A stretch of DNA of 63,551 bases, taken from the NCBI GenBank assembly GCA_036521275.1, contig DATDIC010000124.1:1-63551 (forward strand). The letters run 5' to 3'. Positions 1-9,189 of the stretch are shown piece after piece. Position 1 is the stretch's first letter. Each line of letters begins with the position of its first letter. The position numbers were made by a program, and so were the translations under genes. The notes beneath the pieces are model-generated. The model searched no databases. It was not told where the DNA came from and saw nothing but the letters and a program-made list of their open reading frames with translations. The DNA is from Acetobacteraceae bacterium (lineage in GTDB: Bacteria; Pseudomonadota; Alphaproteobacteria; Acetobacterales; Acetobacteraceae).

Positions 1-347
1 GCCAGCGTGAAGTCCACCGTGACATCGACCCGCGTACCGGGATCTTGTTCGACGAGGCCGAAGCGGATATCCGCACGCGCCCTGGAATTGTTCTTCTGAT
101 CGCGTCCTGTGCCGTGGATCGCACCCGACCATGCCGCGTCATCCATCCGCAACTCCGCCTCGCCGGCGAAGGCGGCGGTGATCGGACCCAGCTTGACCCG
201 CATCCGTCCGTGCAGCCGATCTCCGTCGTCCGTCCGCTCCAGCGACGCACCGGGCATGCAGCCTGCCACCAGATTCACGTCGTGAAACACCCGCCACACC
301 TCGGCACGGGGAAACGGAACGACGAAGCTCTGGGTCAGCTCGGGCAT
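1..347 (-). CDS. CoxG-like SRPBCC protein (Mo-hydroxylase accessory subunit G family), C-terminus cut by window edge
   Basis: Open frame on the minus strand running off the left edge, so absent from the ORF track. ATG at 345-347, 3 nt after the small-subunit stop. Translation MPELTQSFVVPFPRAEVWRVFHDVNLVAGCMPGASLERTDDGDRLHGRMRVKLGPITAAFAGEAEL resembles CoxG/SRPBCC proteins. Confidence 0.6.
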   Translation of the reverse strand, partial: MPELTQSFVVPFPRAEVWRVFHDVNLVAGCMPGASLERTDDGDRLHGRMRVKLGPITAAFAGEAELRMDDAAWSGAIHGTGRDQKNNSRARADIRFGLVEQDPGTRVDVTVDFTL

Positions 348-350
348 CAG

Positions 351-845
351 CTAACGATGTCCCTTGCGGTCGTCGAGCACACGCCGAATCGCCTCCACAA
401 TGCCCACGTAGCCGGTACAGCGGCACAGGTTCCCACTCATCTCGAGCCTGATACGGGCGTCGTCCGCGTCGGGCAGACGTCGCACCAGGTCCCACGCGGA
501 GATGAGCATCCCCGGCGTGCAGAACCCGCATTGCAAACCGTGTGCCGCCGAAAACGCCTCCCGCAACGCGGCGCCAATCTCGTCGTCGGCCAGCCCCTCC
601 ACCGTGGTCACCGACCGGCCCTCACAGGCCACGGCGTAGGTGATGCAGGACCGGACGGGTTCGCCATCCAGCAGCACCGTGCAGGCGCCGCAGACCCCGT
701 GCTCGCAGCCGAGATGGGTTCCGGTCAGCCGCTGCTGTTCCCGCAGGAAATCGGCAAGATGCGTGCGCGGCGTGGTGACGCCGACGAGTCTCCGGCCGTT
801 GACGGTCAGGCTGACCGATCGGGCATTGGATGGCGCGGCATTCAC
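351..845 (-). CDS. (2Fe-2S)-binding small subunit of a xanthine-dehydrogenase-family molybdenum hydroxylase (CoxS-like)
   Basis: 164-aa ORF. Plant-type cluster motif CEHGVCGACTV plus second cluster motifs CGFCTPGM and CRCTGY. 4-nt overlap with the upstream gene. Confidence 0.92.
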   Translation of the reverse strand: MNAAPSNARSVSLTVNGRRLVGVTTPRTHLADFLREQQRLTGTHLGCEHGVCGACTVLLDGEPVRSCITYAVACEGRSVTTVEGLADDEIGAALREAFSAAHGLQCGFCTPGMLISAWDLVRRLPDADDARIRLEMSGNLCRCTGYVGIVEAIRRVLDDRKGHR

Positions 846-1654
846 AGGCCGGCCCTTTCCAGGGCGCGGCGAAGCACCACCGCATGGGTGCGGACCGCGA
901 ACGGATCGTCACCCAGCGGCGTCGCCGACAACAGCTCGGTGACACGCTCGCTGCGCCCGCCCTCACGCATGAATTGCGGATCGTCGATCACGACGGGGCA
1001 GCCGGATGTCGCGCCGATGACGCAGCGCTGCACATCACGCGCGGGATCGCACAGCACCGCGGCGCTGGCCTGGGCAAACTCCCCCGCCTTGCGGCAGAAC
1101 TTGCAGTAGCCCCAGCGGGCACGCTCCGACAGCCAGGGCAGCCGCACTTCAACCAACACCTCGCCCGGCTGGAGCGCCGTCTCGAACGGGCCGACCATGA
1201 ACTCCGCCGCGGCCACGGTGCGCTGCCCGGCCTTGCTGGCGAGCAGCAGCTCGGCCCCGAGCGCGGCGGCGCAAACGACCCAATCGGCCGACGGATCGGC
1301 GTGGGCGAGGCTGCCGCCGATCGTGCCACGATTGCGCACCGCGCGATAAGCGATGCCACCGGCAATTGCGGCCAGGACTTCGCCGGTACGATCGCGCGCG
1401 GCGCCATCCTCCAGCCGCGCGTGGGTGACACAGGCGCCGACCGCAAGAGCCTGCTTCTCTCGGCGCACCGATGTCAGCTCCGCGATCGCGGTGATATCCA
1501 CCACCAGGTCGGGCTGCGCCAGCCGCAGGTTCAGCATCGGGCCGAGCGATTGCGCGCCCGCCATGACCCGCACCGCGCAGTCGTCACGCGCCAGCAGATC
1601 AAGCGCCGCGGCCAGGGACGTAGGCCGCTCATACGCGAAGTCGACCGGCTTCAC
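842..1654 (-). CDS. FAD-binding medium subunit of a molybdenum hydroxylase (CoxM-like)
   Basis: 270-aa ORF with the FAD-binding PCMH-type pattern (AGAQSLGPMLNLR, RNRGTIGGSLAHADP). Overlaps both neighbours by 4 nt. Confidence 0.88.
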   Translation of the reverse strand: MKPVDFAYERPTSLAAALDLLARDDCAVRVMAGAQSLGPMLNLRLAQPDLVVDITAIAELTSVRREKQALAVGACVTHARLEDGAARDRTGEVLAAIAGGIAYRAVRNRGTIGGSLAHADPSADWVVCAAALGAELLLASKAGQRTVAAAEFMVGPFETALQPGEVLVEVRLPWLSERARWGYCKFCRKAGEFAQASAAVLCDPARDVQRCVIGATSGCPVVIDDPQFMREGGRSERVTELLSATPLGDDPFAVRTHAVVLRRALERAGL

Positions 1655-3993
1655 CGCGTCGCCCCGGCAGCCTCGATCGCCGCCAGGATGCGACGCGGCG
1701 TGATCGGTGCGTCCGAAACGATCGCGCCGAGCGGCCGCAGCGCATCATTGATCGCATTGCACAGCGCGGCCGCCGGCGCGATCGCCCCGCCCTCGCCAAT
1801 CCCCTTCATGCCGAATTCGGTATATGGCGAAGGCGTATGCATGTGCTCGACCCGGATGTGCGGCACCTCGGTAAATCCGGGCACCAGGTAGTCCATGAAG
1901 GTCGAAGCCAGCGGCTGCCCCTCATTGTCATAGGGCGAGCACTCATAGAGTCCGGTACCGATGCCCTGCGCGACGCCGCCGTGGATCTGGCCCTCCACGA
2001 TCATCGGGTTGACCATCGTCCCGGCGTCCTCGACCACCAGGTAGTCGATTATGTCCACCAAGCCGAGTTCGGGATCGACCGCCACCACCGCGGCATGGGT
2101 GGCGTAGGAGAACGTGCCGTGGTCGCTTTTCGGCTTGTGGCCGCCGGTAACCTCCAGCCCGGCCGGATCGACGTCCAGCGGCAGAAGCTGCGGAGCGCGG
2201 TACCAGGTGTGGGCGATCTCGGCGATGGAGACTTCGGCGCCGCCGCTGCGCACGCACCCGCCTGCCAGCACCGAATCCTCGGGCGATGCCTGCAGCAGAT
2301 GCGCGCCGATGCGGCGCAGCCGCTGCGCCAGGATGCGGCACGACGTGGCGACCGCGCCGCCCGCCATGACCATGCTGCGCGATCCCCACGTGCCGGTGGA
2401 ATACGGGGTCAGCCCGGTATCGCCATGGATCAGCCGGATGCGCTCCAGCGGGATGCCCAGCACTTCGTGCGCGACCTGGGCGAACGTGGTTTCCATGCCC
2501 TGCCCGTGCGACTGCACGCCGACGCGAAGTTCCAGCCCGCCGTCCGGCGTGATGCGTGCCTGGGCCTGCTCGTGGCCGGGAACCATCGGGATGCCCCAAC
2601 CGTGATAGACTGCAGTCCCGTGCGCCCCCTGCTCGCAGTACGTCGCCAGCCCGACGCCGATCAGCCGCCCGTCCGGCTCGTTCTGCCGTTGCCGGGCGCG
2701 GACCCCCGCCAGATCGATGCCGGCCACCGCGCGGCGCACCGATTCCGGATAGTCGCCGCTGTCGAAATGCTTTCCAGTGATATTGTCGAACGGCATCTTC
2801 CCGGGCGGCACCAGGTTTTCGACCCGAACTTCCCAGCTTTCCCGTCCGACCGCCTGTGCGATGCCGTCAATGAGCTGCTCGATGACGAAACACACGTTCG
2901 GGCGCGCCACCCCGCGATAGGGCACGATCGGCGGCTTGTTGGTACACACCGAATAGGTACGGCAGTGATAATGCGAAAACTCATAGGGTCCGGGCAGGAT
3001 GCTGCCGACCTGCGCGGCTTCCAGGCACGCCGAGAACGGATAGATCGAATAGGCGCCGGCATCGACATGCGCGGTCGCCTCCACGCCCAGAAGCTTGCCG
3101 CGCGCGTCGGCATAGGCGGTCACCTCGTAATGGTGCTCGCGCGCATTGGCGGCCGCCACCAAATGCTCCCGCCGGTCCTCGATCCAGCGGACCGGCTGAT
3201 CCATCCGCATGGCAAGCCAGGCGGCCACAACCTCTTCCGGCTGCAGCAGCCCCTTCCAGCCGAAGCCGCCACCGACGTCGGGCGCGATGACGCGGATCGC
3301 GTCCTGCGGCACGCCGAGACACTCGGACAATCCACTGCGCACAATGTGCGGCATCTGCGTCGCCGTCTGCAGCACCAGTTGCTCGGTCTGGCGGTCCCAG
3401 CTCGCCACGACGCCCTTGCCCTCCAGCGGCAAGATGCACTGGCGCGCGGTGCGGATCGTGCGGCACACCTTCACCGGCGCGGCCGCGGCAACCGCCGGGA
3501 ATGGCGTCCCGACGCTGGTTTCCAGAAAGACGTTATCCTTCCAGTGCTCGTGCACACGGGATGCGCCGGCCTCGCAGGCGGCGAGCATATCGACGTTCAC
3601 CGGCAGCTCGTCGAATTCGGCGCTGACCAGCGCGGCGATGTCCTCGGCTTCGGCGCGGCTGTCGGCGACACAGACGGCAATCGGCTCGCCGACGAAACGC
3701 ACCTTGTCGCTCGCCATCGCCGGCTGCTCGGATACCTTGAACCCCGGCAGGCCGGACGCCGCGCGGATCGGCTTCACGCCGTCCTGCGCCAGGTCGGCCC
3801 AGGTGAAGACGGCGTGCCGCACCGCGTCGGGGATTTCGAACCCGCGCAGGCGGGCGTGGGCGACAGGGCTGCGGACGAACGCCAGCTCGCGCATGCCCAC
3901 CAGCGCGATATCGGCAACGAACCGGCCGCGCCCGCGCAGAAGGCGATCATCCTCCTTGCGACGAACTCTGGCGCCGACGCCGGTGCCCTGCAT
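1651..3993 (-). CDS. molybdopterin-binding large subunit of a xanthine-dehydrogenase-family hydroxylase (CoxL-like, not form-I CODH)
   Basis: ORF 1651..4086 trimmed to Met32 (MQGTGVGARVRRKEDDRLLRG, the usual N-terminus of this family). Active-site loop reads PYRGVAR (nt 2902-2922) rather than the CODH form-I AYRCSFR. Confidence 0.9.
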   Translation of the reverse strand: MQGTGVGARVRRKEDDRLLRGRGRFVADIALVGMRELAFVRSPVAHARLRGFEIPDAVRHAVFTWADLAQDGVKPIRAASGLPGFKVSEQPAMASDKVRFVGEPIAVCVADSRAEAEDIAALVSAEFDELPVNVDMLAACEAGASRVHEHWKDNVFLETSVGTPFPAVAAAAPVKVCRTIRTARQCILPLEGKGVVASWDRQTEQLVLQTATQMPHIVRSGLSECLGVPQDAIRVIAPDVGGGFGWKGLLQPEEVVAAWLAMRMDQPVRWIEDRREHLVAAANAREHHYEVTAYADARGKLLGVEATAHVDAGAYSIYPFSACLEAAQVGSILPGPYEFSHYHCRTYSVCTNKPPIVPYRGVARPNVCFVIEQLIDGIAQAVGRESWEVRVENLVPPGKMPFDNITGKHFDSGDYPESVRRAVAGIDLAGVRARQRQNEPDGRLIGVGLATYCEQGAHGTAVYHGWGIPMVPGHEQAQARITPDGGLELRVGVQSHGQGMETTFAQVAHEVLGIPLERIRLIHGDTGLTPYSTGTWGSRSMVMAGGAVATSCRILAQRLRRIGAHLLQASPEDSVLAGGCVRSGGAEVSIAEIAHTWYRAPQLLPLDVDPAGLEVTGGHKPKSDHGTFSYATHAAVVAVDPELGLVDIIDYLVVEDAGTMVNPMIVEGQIHGGVAQGIGTGLYECSPYDNEGQPLASTFMDYLVPGFTEVPHIRVEHMHTPSPYTEFGMKGIGEGGAIAPAAALCNAINDALRPLGAIVSDAPITPRRILAAIEAAGATR

Positions 3994-4220
3994 GGCTCCC
4001 CCCGCTGTGCCGATCCCGGACCCCAGCTTGGTTCCGTATCCAGGCGACCGGTTGGAAACTCTGCCGCCGCGCCCCCGGAAGATCAAGCTCCAAACAGCAC
4101 AGCGAAATTCGCCGCGGTAGGATGGACAGGCTGATGTACCATCTTTAGCATGTTAGTGGCCGAAAGGCGGCCTCTTGCGGTCGCACGCCAGCGCAGCGGA
4201 GCGGAATCGAGGACTGCAGC

Positions 4221-5174
4221 ATGACAGCCTATGAGCGGTTGAGGGCGGAGACGACCGAGCGCGACCGCAGCCTGCGGGAGAAAGTCATGTCGCTGGATGA
4301 AGCCGCCCGGCTGGTCCAGCCCGGCGCCCATGTCGCACTTGGCGGGTGCATGATGTCGCGCACGCCCATGGCCATGCTGTGGGCGCTGGTGCGCGCCGGC
4401 CGGCGGGACCTGACCTTCTCGCGCAGTATCGTTTCGTCTGATGGTGATATCATCTTCGCCTCCGGCCTCGGCCGCAAGATCATCACGAGCTGGTTCAGCC
4501 AGGGCATCGTCTGGGGTGTGTCGCGGGTGATGCGCCACTGGGTCGAGACCGGGCGCGCCGAGTTCGAGGAATGGAGCCACATGTCCATGGGCCTGCGCTT
4601 CCGCGCCGGCGCGATGGGGATCCCGTTCATGCCGATCCGCTCGATGATGGGATCGGACGTCCATAGCCGCGTCAGCGCACAGACCCACCCGATGACCTGC
4701 CCCTTCACCGGCGAGCCGCTGGTGCTGGTGCCGGCGCTGACGCCCGATGTCGCGCTGATACACGTGCAGCGCTGCGATCCCTATGGCAATGCCCAGCTCG
4801 ATGGGCTGCAGTTCATGGACATCGACCTGCCGATGGCGGCGAAACGGGTGATCGTGACCACCGAGCGGATCGTCTCCAACGAACGTATCCGCCGCACGCC
4901 CGACCAGACCAAGTTCCCGTTCTTCACCGTCGATGCCGTGGTGGAAGTGCCGTACGGCTGCGCGCCACACGAGTGCTACGGCCAGTACGAGCCGTTCTTC
5001 AAGCATATGGATATGTTCGCCGAAATGACCCGGCAGGACCCCGAACGCGGCAGCCAGGAATACCTGGAGCGCTTCTTTCACGAGCCGCCGTCGTGGAACC
5101 ACGCGCTGGAGCGGATGGGTCTGCAGGATCTGCTGACGGCGACGCGCGGCGGCAGGAGCATCCATGATGCCTGA
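4221..5174 (+). CDS. family-I CoA-transferase subunit A (glutaconate/3-oxoacid CoA-transferase-like)
   Basis: 317-aa ORF with size and N-terminal pattern (SLDEAARLVQPGAHVALGG) typical of alpha subunits. Alternative start at Met23 (4287). Confidence 0.85.
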   Translation: MTAYERLRAETTERDRSLREKVMSLDEAARLVQPGAHVALGGCMMSRTPMAMLWALVRAGRRDLTFSRSIVSSDGDIIFASGLGRKIITSWFSQGIVWGVSRVMRHWVETGRAEFEEWSHMSMGLRFRAGAMGIPFMPIRSMMGSDVHSRVSAQTHPMTCPFTGEPLVLVPALTPDVALIHVQRCDPYGNAQLDGLQFMDIDLPMAAKRVIVTTERIVSNERIRRTPDQTKFPFFTVDAVVEVPYGCAPHECYGQYEPFFKHMDMFAEMTRQDPERGSQEYLERFFHEPPSWNHALERMGLQDLLTATRGGRSIHDA

Positions 5175-5949
5175 ACGCTCCTGCACCGCCGGCACCTATA
5201 CCACCGCCGAGCTGCTCGCCGTGATGGCGAGCCGCGCGCTAAGCGACGGGTTGATCGTGTTTGCCGGCGTCGGCACCCCGCTGCTGGCAGCCACGTTGGC
5301 GCAGCGCCTCCACGCGCCGGGGCTGACCATCCTGTTTGAAGGCGGCGTCATCGGCCCGTTCATCGTGCCCGGGGAGCTGCCGCCGTCCACCAACGAACAG
5401 CGCTGCACCCGCCATGCCAACATGGTGTGCCCGATCACCGACGTGCTCCTGCTGTTGCAGCGCGGCTATGTCGATGTCGGCTTCCTCGGCGGCGCGCAGA
5501 TCGACCGCTATGGCAACCTCAACAGCTCCTTCATCGGCGATCCCGATCATCCGAAAACCCGGCTTCCCGGCACGGGCGGCGGCAATGATATCGCCAGCCT
5601 GTCGCATGTCATGGTGGTGATGAAGCACGAGAAGCGGCGCTTCGTGGAGCAGGTGGAGTTCATTACCAGCCCGGGCTATTTGCGGGGCGGCACCACGCGG
5701 CGTGACGCGGGACTGCTCGCCGGCGGACCGCAGTTGATCATCACCGACCTGGCGGAGCTTGGTTTTCATCCAGAAACCAAGCGGATGCAGATCCAGGCGC
5801 TGCACCCCGGCGTCAGCATCGAGCACGTGCAGGCCAATACGGGTTTCGTCCTCGACATCGCCGGCGATGTGCGGGTCACCGATAAGCCGTCCGAGCGCGA
5901 ACTGCACGTGTTGCGGCAGCTCGACCCGGATCGTCTCTACATCGCCTGA
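5164..5949 (+). CDS. family-I CoA-transferase subunit B
   Basis: 261-aa ORF overlapping subunit A by 11 nt. Candidate catalytic Glu lies in LTILFEGGVIG. The GTGGGNDIA loop is also present. Confidence 0.85.
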   Translation: MMPERSCTAGTYTTAELLAVMASRALSDGLIVFAGVGTPLLAATLAQRLHAPGLTILFEGGVIGPFIVPGELPPSTNEQRCTRHANMVCPITDVLLLLQRGYVDVGFLGGAQIDRYGNLNSSFIGDPDHPKTRLPGTGGGNDIASLSHVMVVMKHEKRRFVEQVEFITSPGYLRGGTTRRDAGLLAGGPQLIITDLAELGFHPETKRMQIQALHPGVSIEHVQANTGFVLDIAGDVRVTDKPSERELHVLRQLDPDRLYIA

Positions 5950-5999
5950 TCTCTGCTCGTCGGCCGGCTGTCTGCGCCGGGCAACACGAAAGGACCGCC

Positions 6000-6947
6000 A
6001 TGCCCGCCAGGATCGGTATTGCCATGCGCAACTTCACCCGGTTCCCGGAATTGCCGGACCCGAAGGCGCTGGTGGAATACGGCGTCTGGGTGGAGGAGCT
6101 GGGCTTCGAGTCGCTGTGGGTCTGGGACCATGTACTTCTCGGCACAGACCCGCATTTCCCGATCGTCGATGCGCTGACGATCCTGACGGCAGTGGCCGCA
6201 CGCACCAGCAAAATCAGGCTGGGTACCGGCGTCCTGGTGCTGCCACTGCGAAATCCGCTTCTGCTGGCCAAGCAGGTCGCGACGCTCGACCTACTCTCTG
6301 ATGGCCGTTTCGAGCTCGGCGCCGCCTCCGGCTGGTACAAGCGCGAGTTCGACGCGGTCGGTGTGCCGTTCAACCAGCGCGGCCGGATCATGGACCGCAA
6401 CCTCGACATCATGATCCGGCTATGGACCGAACCGGCGGTCACCGCCGAGATCCCACCGTACAACATGCGCCAGGCGGTGATGTTCCCGAAGCCGCGGTCG
6501 AAACCGCACCCCACCTTGCTGATCGGCGGCTATGTCGATGCGGTGCTGAAGCGCGCCGGCCAGAAAAGCGACGGCTGGCTGACCTATTTCTACACCCCGG
6601 ACTCGTTCGTACGGTCGTGGAAGAAAGTCTGCGACTACGCCGCGGAAGCGGGCAAGGATCCGTCCACCCTGCATAGCTGCAACCAGCTTCCCATCATGGT
6701 CGGCCCCAGCCGGCAGGCGGTGCAGGACAGGATGATGGAATGGTTGCACACCGAGTGGGACTTTGCCGGCTGGAGCGAGTCCACCGCCGACAGCGCCATC
6801 ATGGGAACGGCGGCAGAGTGCGTCGCGCAGCTTAAGCAGCACGAGCAGGTGGGCACCCAGCGCATCGTGCTGGTGCCTTACCGGTATGAGCGCGAGCAGA
6901 TCGCCGCCATCGCCAATGAGATACTGCCGCACTTCCGGCAGCCGTGA
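6000..6947 (+). CDS. LLM-class (luciferase-like) flavin/F420-dependent oxidoreductase
   Basis: 315-aa ORF with luciferase-like fold signatures (LGFESLWVWDHV, LGTGVLVLPLRNP). Confidence 0.85.
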   Translation: MPARIGIAMRNFTRFPELPDPKALVEYGVWVEELGFESLWVWDHVLLGTDPHFPIVDALTILTAVAARTSKIRLGTGVLVLPLRNPLLLAKQVATLDLLSDGRFELGAASGWYKREFDAVGVPFNQRGRIMDRNLDIMIRLWTEPAVTAEIPPYNMRQAVMFPKPRSKPHPTLLIGGYVDAVLKRAGQKSDGWLTYFYTPDSFVRSWKKVCDYAAEAGKDPSTLHSCNQLPIMVGPSRQAVQDRMMEWLHTEWDFAGWSESTADSAIMGTAAECVAQLKQHEQVGTQRIVLVPYRYEREQIAAIANEILPHFRQP

Positions 6948-6979
6948 TCGAGCCGCACGGGCAAGACGGAGGAAACCGC

Positions 6980-8167
6980 GTGAGTATCAGGATCACCGAA
7001 AACACCACAGCGCGGCGTCTGCAAGCCTACGATCTGCAGGAGGTGCTTTCGCACGAAGCCGCCGGCGCGGCGTTCGCAGCGATATCCGCGTGCCCGCTCT
7101 ATGCGCGGACGCCGCTGCGCCGTCTCGACCGCGTCGCTGCTTCAAGCCGCGTGGCGAATGTGTGGTACAAGGACGAGGCGGATCGGTTCGGGCTGGGCAG
7201 CTTCAAGGCACTCGGCGGCGCCTATGCTGTCGCTCGGCTGCTGCAGCACAAGCTGGCACAACGCCTCGGCCGAGATCTGGGATTGCCGGAGCTGGTCCAA
7301 GGCAACCTGCGCCAACAGACGCAACAGATCACCGTCACCTGCGCGACCGATGGCAATCACGGACGCTCCGTCGCCGCCGGTGCGCGTATTTTCGGCTGCC
7401 GCTGCGTGATCTTCCTGCACGCGGAGGTCAGCCAGGGACGAGAGGACGCGATCCGCGCCTATGGCGCGGACATCGAGCGCATCGCCGGCAATTATGACGA
7501 GTCCGTGCTGGCAGCCTCGCGGGCAGCCGAACGGAACGGCTGGGACGTTGTTTCTGATACGTCCTGGCCCGGCTACGAATCAGTCCCCCGCGACGTGATG
7601 CAGGGCTATACCGTCATGCTCATCGAGACGCTTCAGCAGCTTCAGGAACATGGCGCATCGCGGCCCACGCATGTGTTCGTCCAGGGCGGCGTCGGCGGCC
7701 TGGCAGCAGCGGTGTGCGCGCATCTGTGGGAAGCGATGGGCACCGCCGCGCCGATCACGACGGTGGTCGAGCCGGAGCGCGCGGACTGCCTGTTTCAATC
7801 GGCGCTGGCCGGCCAGCCCACGCCCGCGTCCGGCGATCTCTCCACCGTCATGGCGGGGTTGTCGTGCGGCGAAGTATCCAGCGAGGCATGGCGTGTCCTG
7901 AGCCGCGGCGCCCGGTTCTTCCTGACGATCGACGATGCGATGGCGATCGAGGCGATGCGCCTGCTCGCCCAGTGCGGCGCAAGCGAACAACCGATCATCG
8001 CCGGCGAATCCGCCACGGCCGGGCTCGCCGCACTGATCGCCACCGCGGCGGATCCCGCCCTGCGGCGGCAGATCGAGCTCACCCCCGATTCGTCCGTGCT
8101 GCTGATCGGCAGCGAGGGCGCGACCGATCCCGAGCTCTACCGCAAGCTTGTGGGCCAAGCCGCCTGA
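6980..8167 (+). CDS. diaminopropionate ammonia-lyase-like PLP-dependent enzyme
   Basis: ORF 6944..8167, with the start placed at GTG 6980, which is preceded by GGAGGA. PLP-lysine motif GSFKALGGAY and glycine loop GGVGGLAAAV, as in the DpaL/YgeX family. Confidence 0.8.
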   Translation: MSIRITENTTARRLQAYDLQEVLSHEAAGAAFAAISACPLYARTPLRRLDRVAASSRVANVWYKDEADRFGLGSFKALGGAYAVARLLQHKLAQRLGRDLGLPELVQGNLRQQTQQITVTCATDGNHGRSVAAGARIFGCRCVIFLHAEVSQGREDAIRAYGADIERIAGNYDESVLAASRAAERNGWDVVSDTSWPGYESVPRDVMQGYTVMLIETLQQLQEHGASRPTHVFVQGGVGGLAAAVCAHLWEAMGTAAPITTVVEPERADCLFQSALAGQPTPASGDLSTVMAGLSCGEVSSEAWRVLSRGARFFLTIDDAMAIEAMRLLAQCGASEQPIIAGESATAGLAALIATAADPALRRQIELTPDSSVLLIGSEGATDPELYRKLVGQAA

Positions 8168-8173
8168 CCAGCC

Positions 8174-8980
8174 TTATCCGGCGCCACCACCGCCTTCGCG
8201 TGCGCCATTGCGCAGCAGGTCGATATCGAACCGCACGCAGTCGCCGCGATAGACCACCTCCGCCACATAGGTCACCACGCCCTGCTGGTTGCGGACCAGG
8301 TAGCGCGCCTCCGCCGTCGGCGCGTTCAGCGGAATGCGCAGCCGCTCGCTGGTGTCCGGATGGGCGCTGCCGACGACGACCGTGAGCTGCGCATGATCGA
8401 CGTTCTCGCGCTCAAGCTCCAACAGCAGCGGCAGCGCAGTGCGCGAACGGAAATCCTCGGGAGACCGCTCAAAGATCGCGCGTTCCACGTGTACGCTGGC
8501 GACCGCAAAGGGCTCCCCGGCCCGGAACTGCACGCTGAGCAGGTATTGGTATTCGGCCGCCGCCTTGCCGTCGTCGGGGAACAGCCGCGGCAGCGGCGGC
8601 GGATTCTTCACCGCCAGGAAACGCGGAACATGGCCGCTGATCGACTGGGCGAGCGAATCGATATCGATGGTCAGATGCAACCAGCGGCGCTCCGGCATGT
8701 GCGGCGTGACGAACGTGCCGCGACCTTGCTGGCGATGGACGAGTCCTTCTTTCTCCAGCAGTTCGACGGCCTGGCGCACGGTCACCCGCGCCACGCCGAA
8801 TTCCTGCTCCAGCTCCTCCTGCGTCGGCATCTTCTGTCCGGCCCGGAAATGACCGTCGGCGATGCGATTGCGCAGCAACGTTGCAACCTGGATATAGAGC
8901 GGGATCGGGCTGCGCCTGAACATGTGCAGGCGGCTTTCGGGCGCCTGCCGGCGTGAGCGCTCTTTCATTGGCACAGTCAT
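8174..8980 (-). CDS. GntR-family transcriptional regulator, HutC/UTRA subfamily
   Basis: 268-aa ORF. N-terminal wHTH (LPTQEELEQEFGVARVTVRQAVELLEKEGLV) and a C-terminal UTRA-like effector domain. Divergent from the 9190 operon. Confidence 0.88.
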   Translation of the reverse strand: MTVPMKERSRRQAPESRLHMFRRSPIPLYIQVATLLRNRIADGHFRAGQKMPTQEELEQEFGVARVTVRQAVELLEKEGLVHRQQGRGTFVTPHMPERRWLHLTIDIDSLAQSISGHVPRFLAVKNPPPLPRLFPDDGKAAAEYQYLLSVQFRAGEPFAVASVHVERAIFERSPEDFRSRTALPLLLELERENVDHAQLTVVVGSAHPDTSERLRIPLNAPTAEARYLVRNQQGVVTYVAEVVYRGDCVRFDIDLLRNGAREGGGGAG

Positions 8981-9088
8981 GCTGCGAATCTTCCCCCGGG
9001 TCCCCGCCTGAGCCGACGCACCGCCGACGCTCTACCTCAATCGGCACCGCTACAGGAAGTCTGGCGGCTGCCGGCTGCGGCGGCGGGC

Positions 9089-9129
9089 GGTTGCATGGCA
9101 GGTCTGATTAACTGTAGGATGATGCAACC
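9089..9129. promoter_or_regulatory. inverted repeat, candidate GntR operator in divergent promoter region
   Basis: Perfect 8-nt arms GGTTGCAT-N25-ATGCAACC, 61 nt upstream of the 9190 start codon. It lies in the only sizeable intergenic gap between the regulator and the operon. Confidence 0.3.
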
Positions 9130-9189
9130 TCCTGAGGATGGCTCCCGGCCCGTCTTGGTCGAATCAATCGCGAGCAGAAGGAACAGGAC

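Noticed and set aside
1651-4086. Calling the operon an aerobic carbon monoxide dehydrogenase (coxSML)
   Set aside because: The large-subunit loop is PYRGVAR, not the AYRCSFR signature of form-I CODH. I therefore report only a generic xanthine-dehydrogenase-family hydroxylase.
1837-4134. 765-aa plus-strand ORF covering the whole Mo-hydroxylase large-subunit locus
   Set aside because: It is antisense to a gene with clear family motifs. Its translation is Arg/Pro/Gly/His/Asp-rich low-complexity sequence with no recognisable domain. This is a typical long shadow ORF in high-GC DNA.
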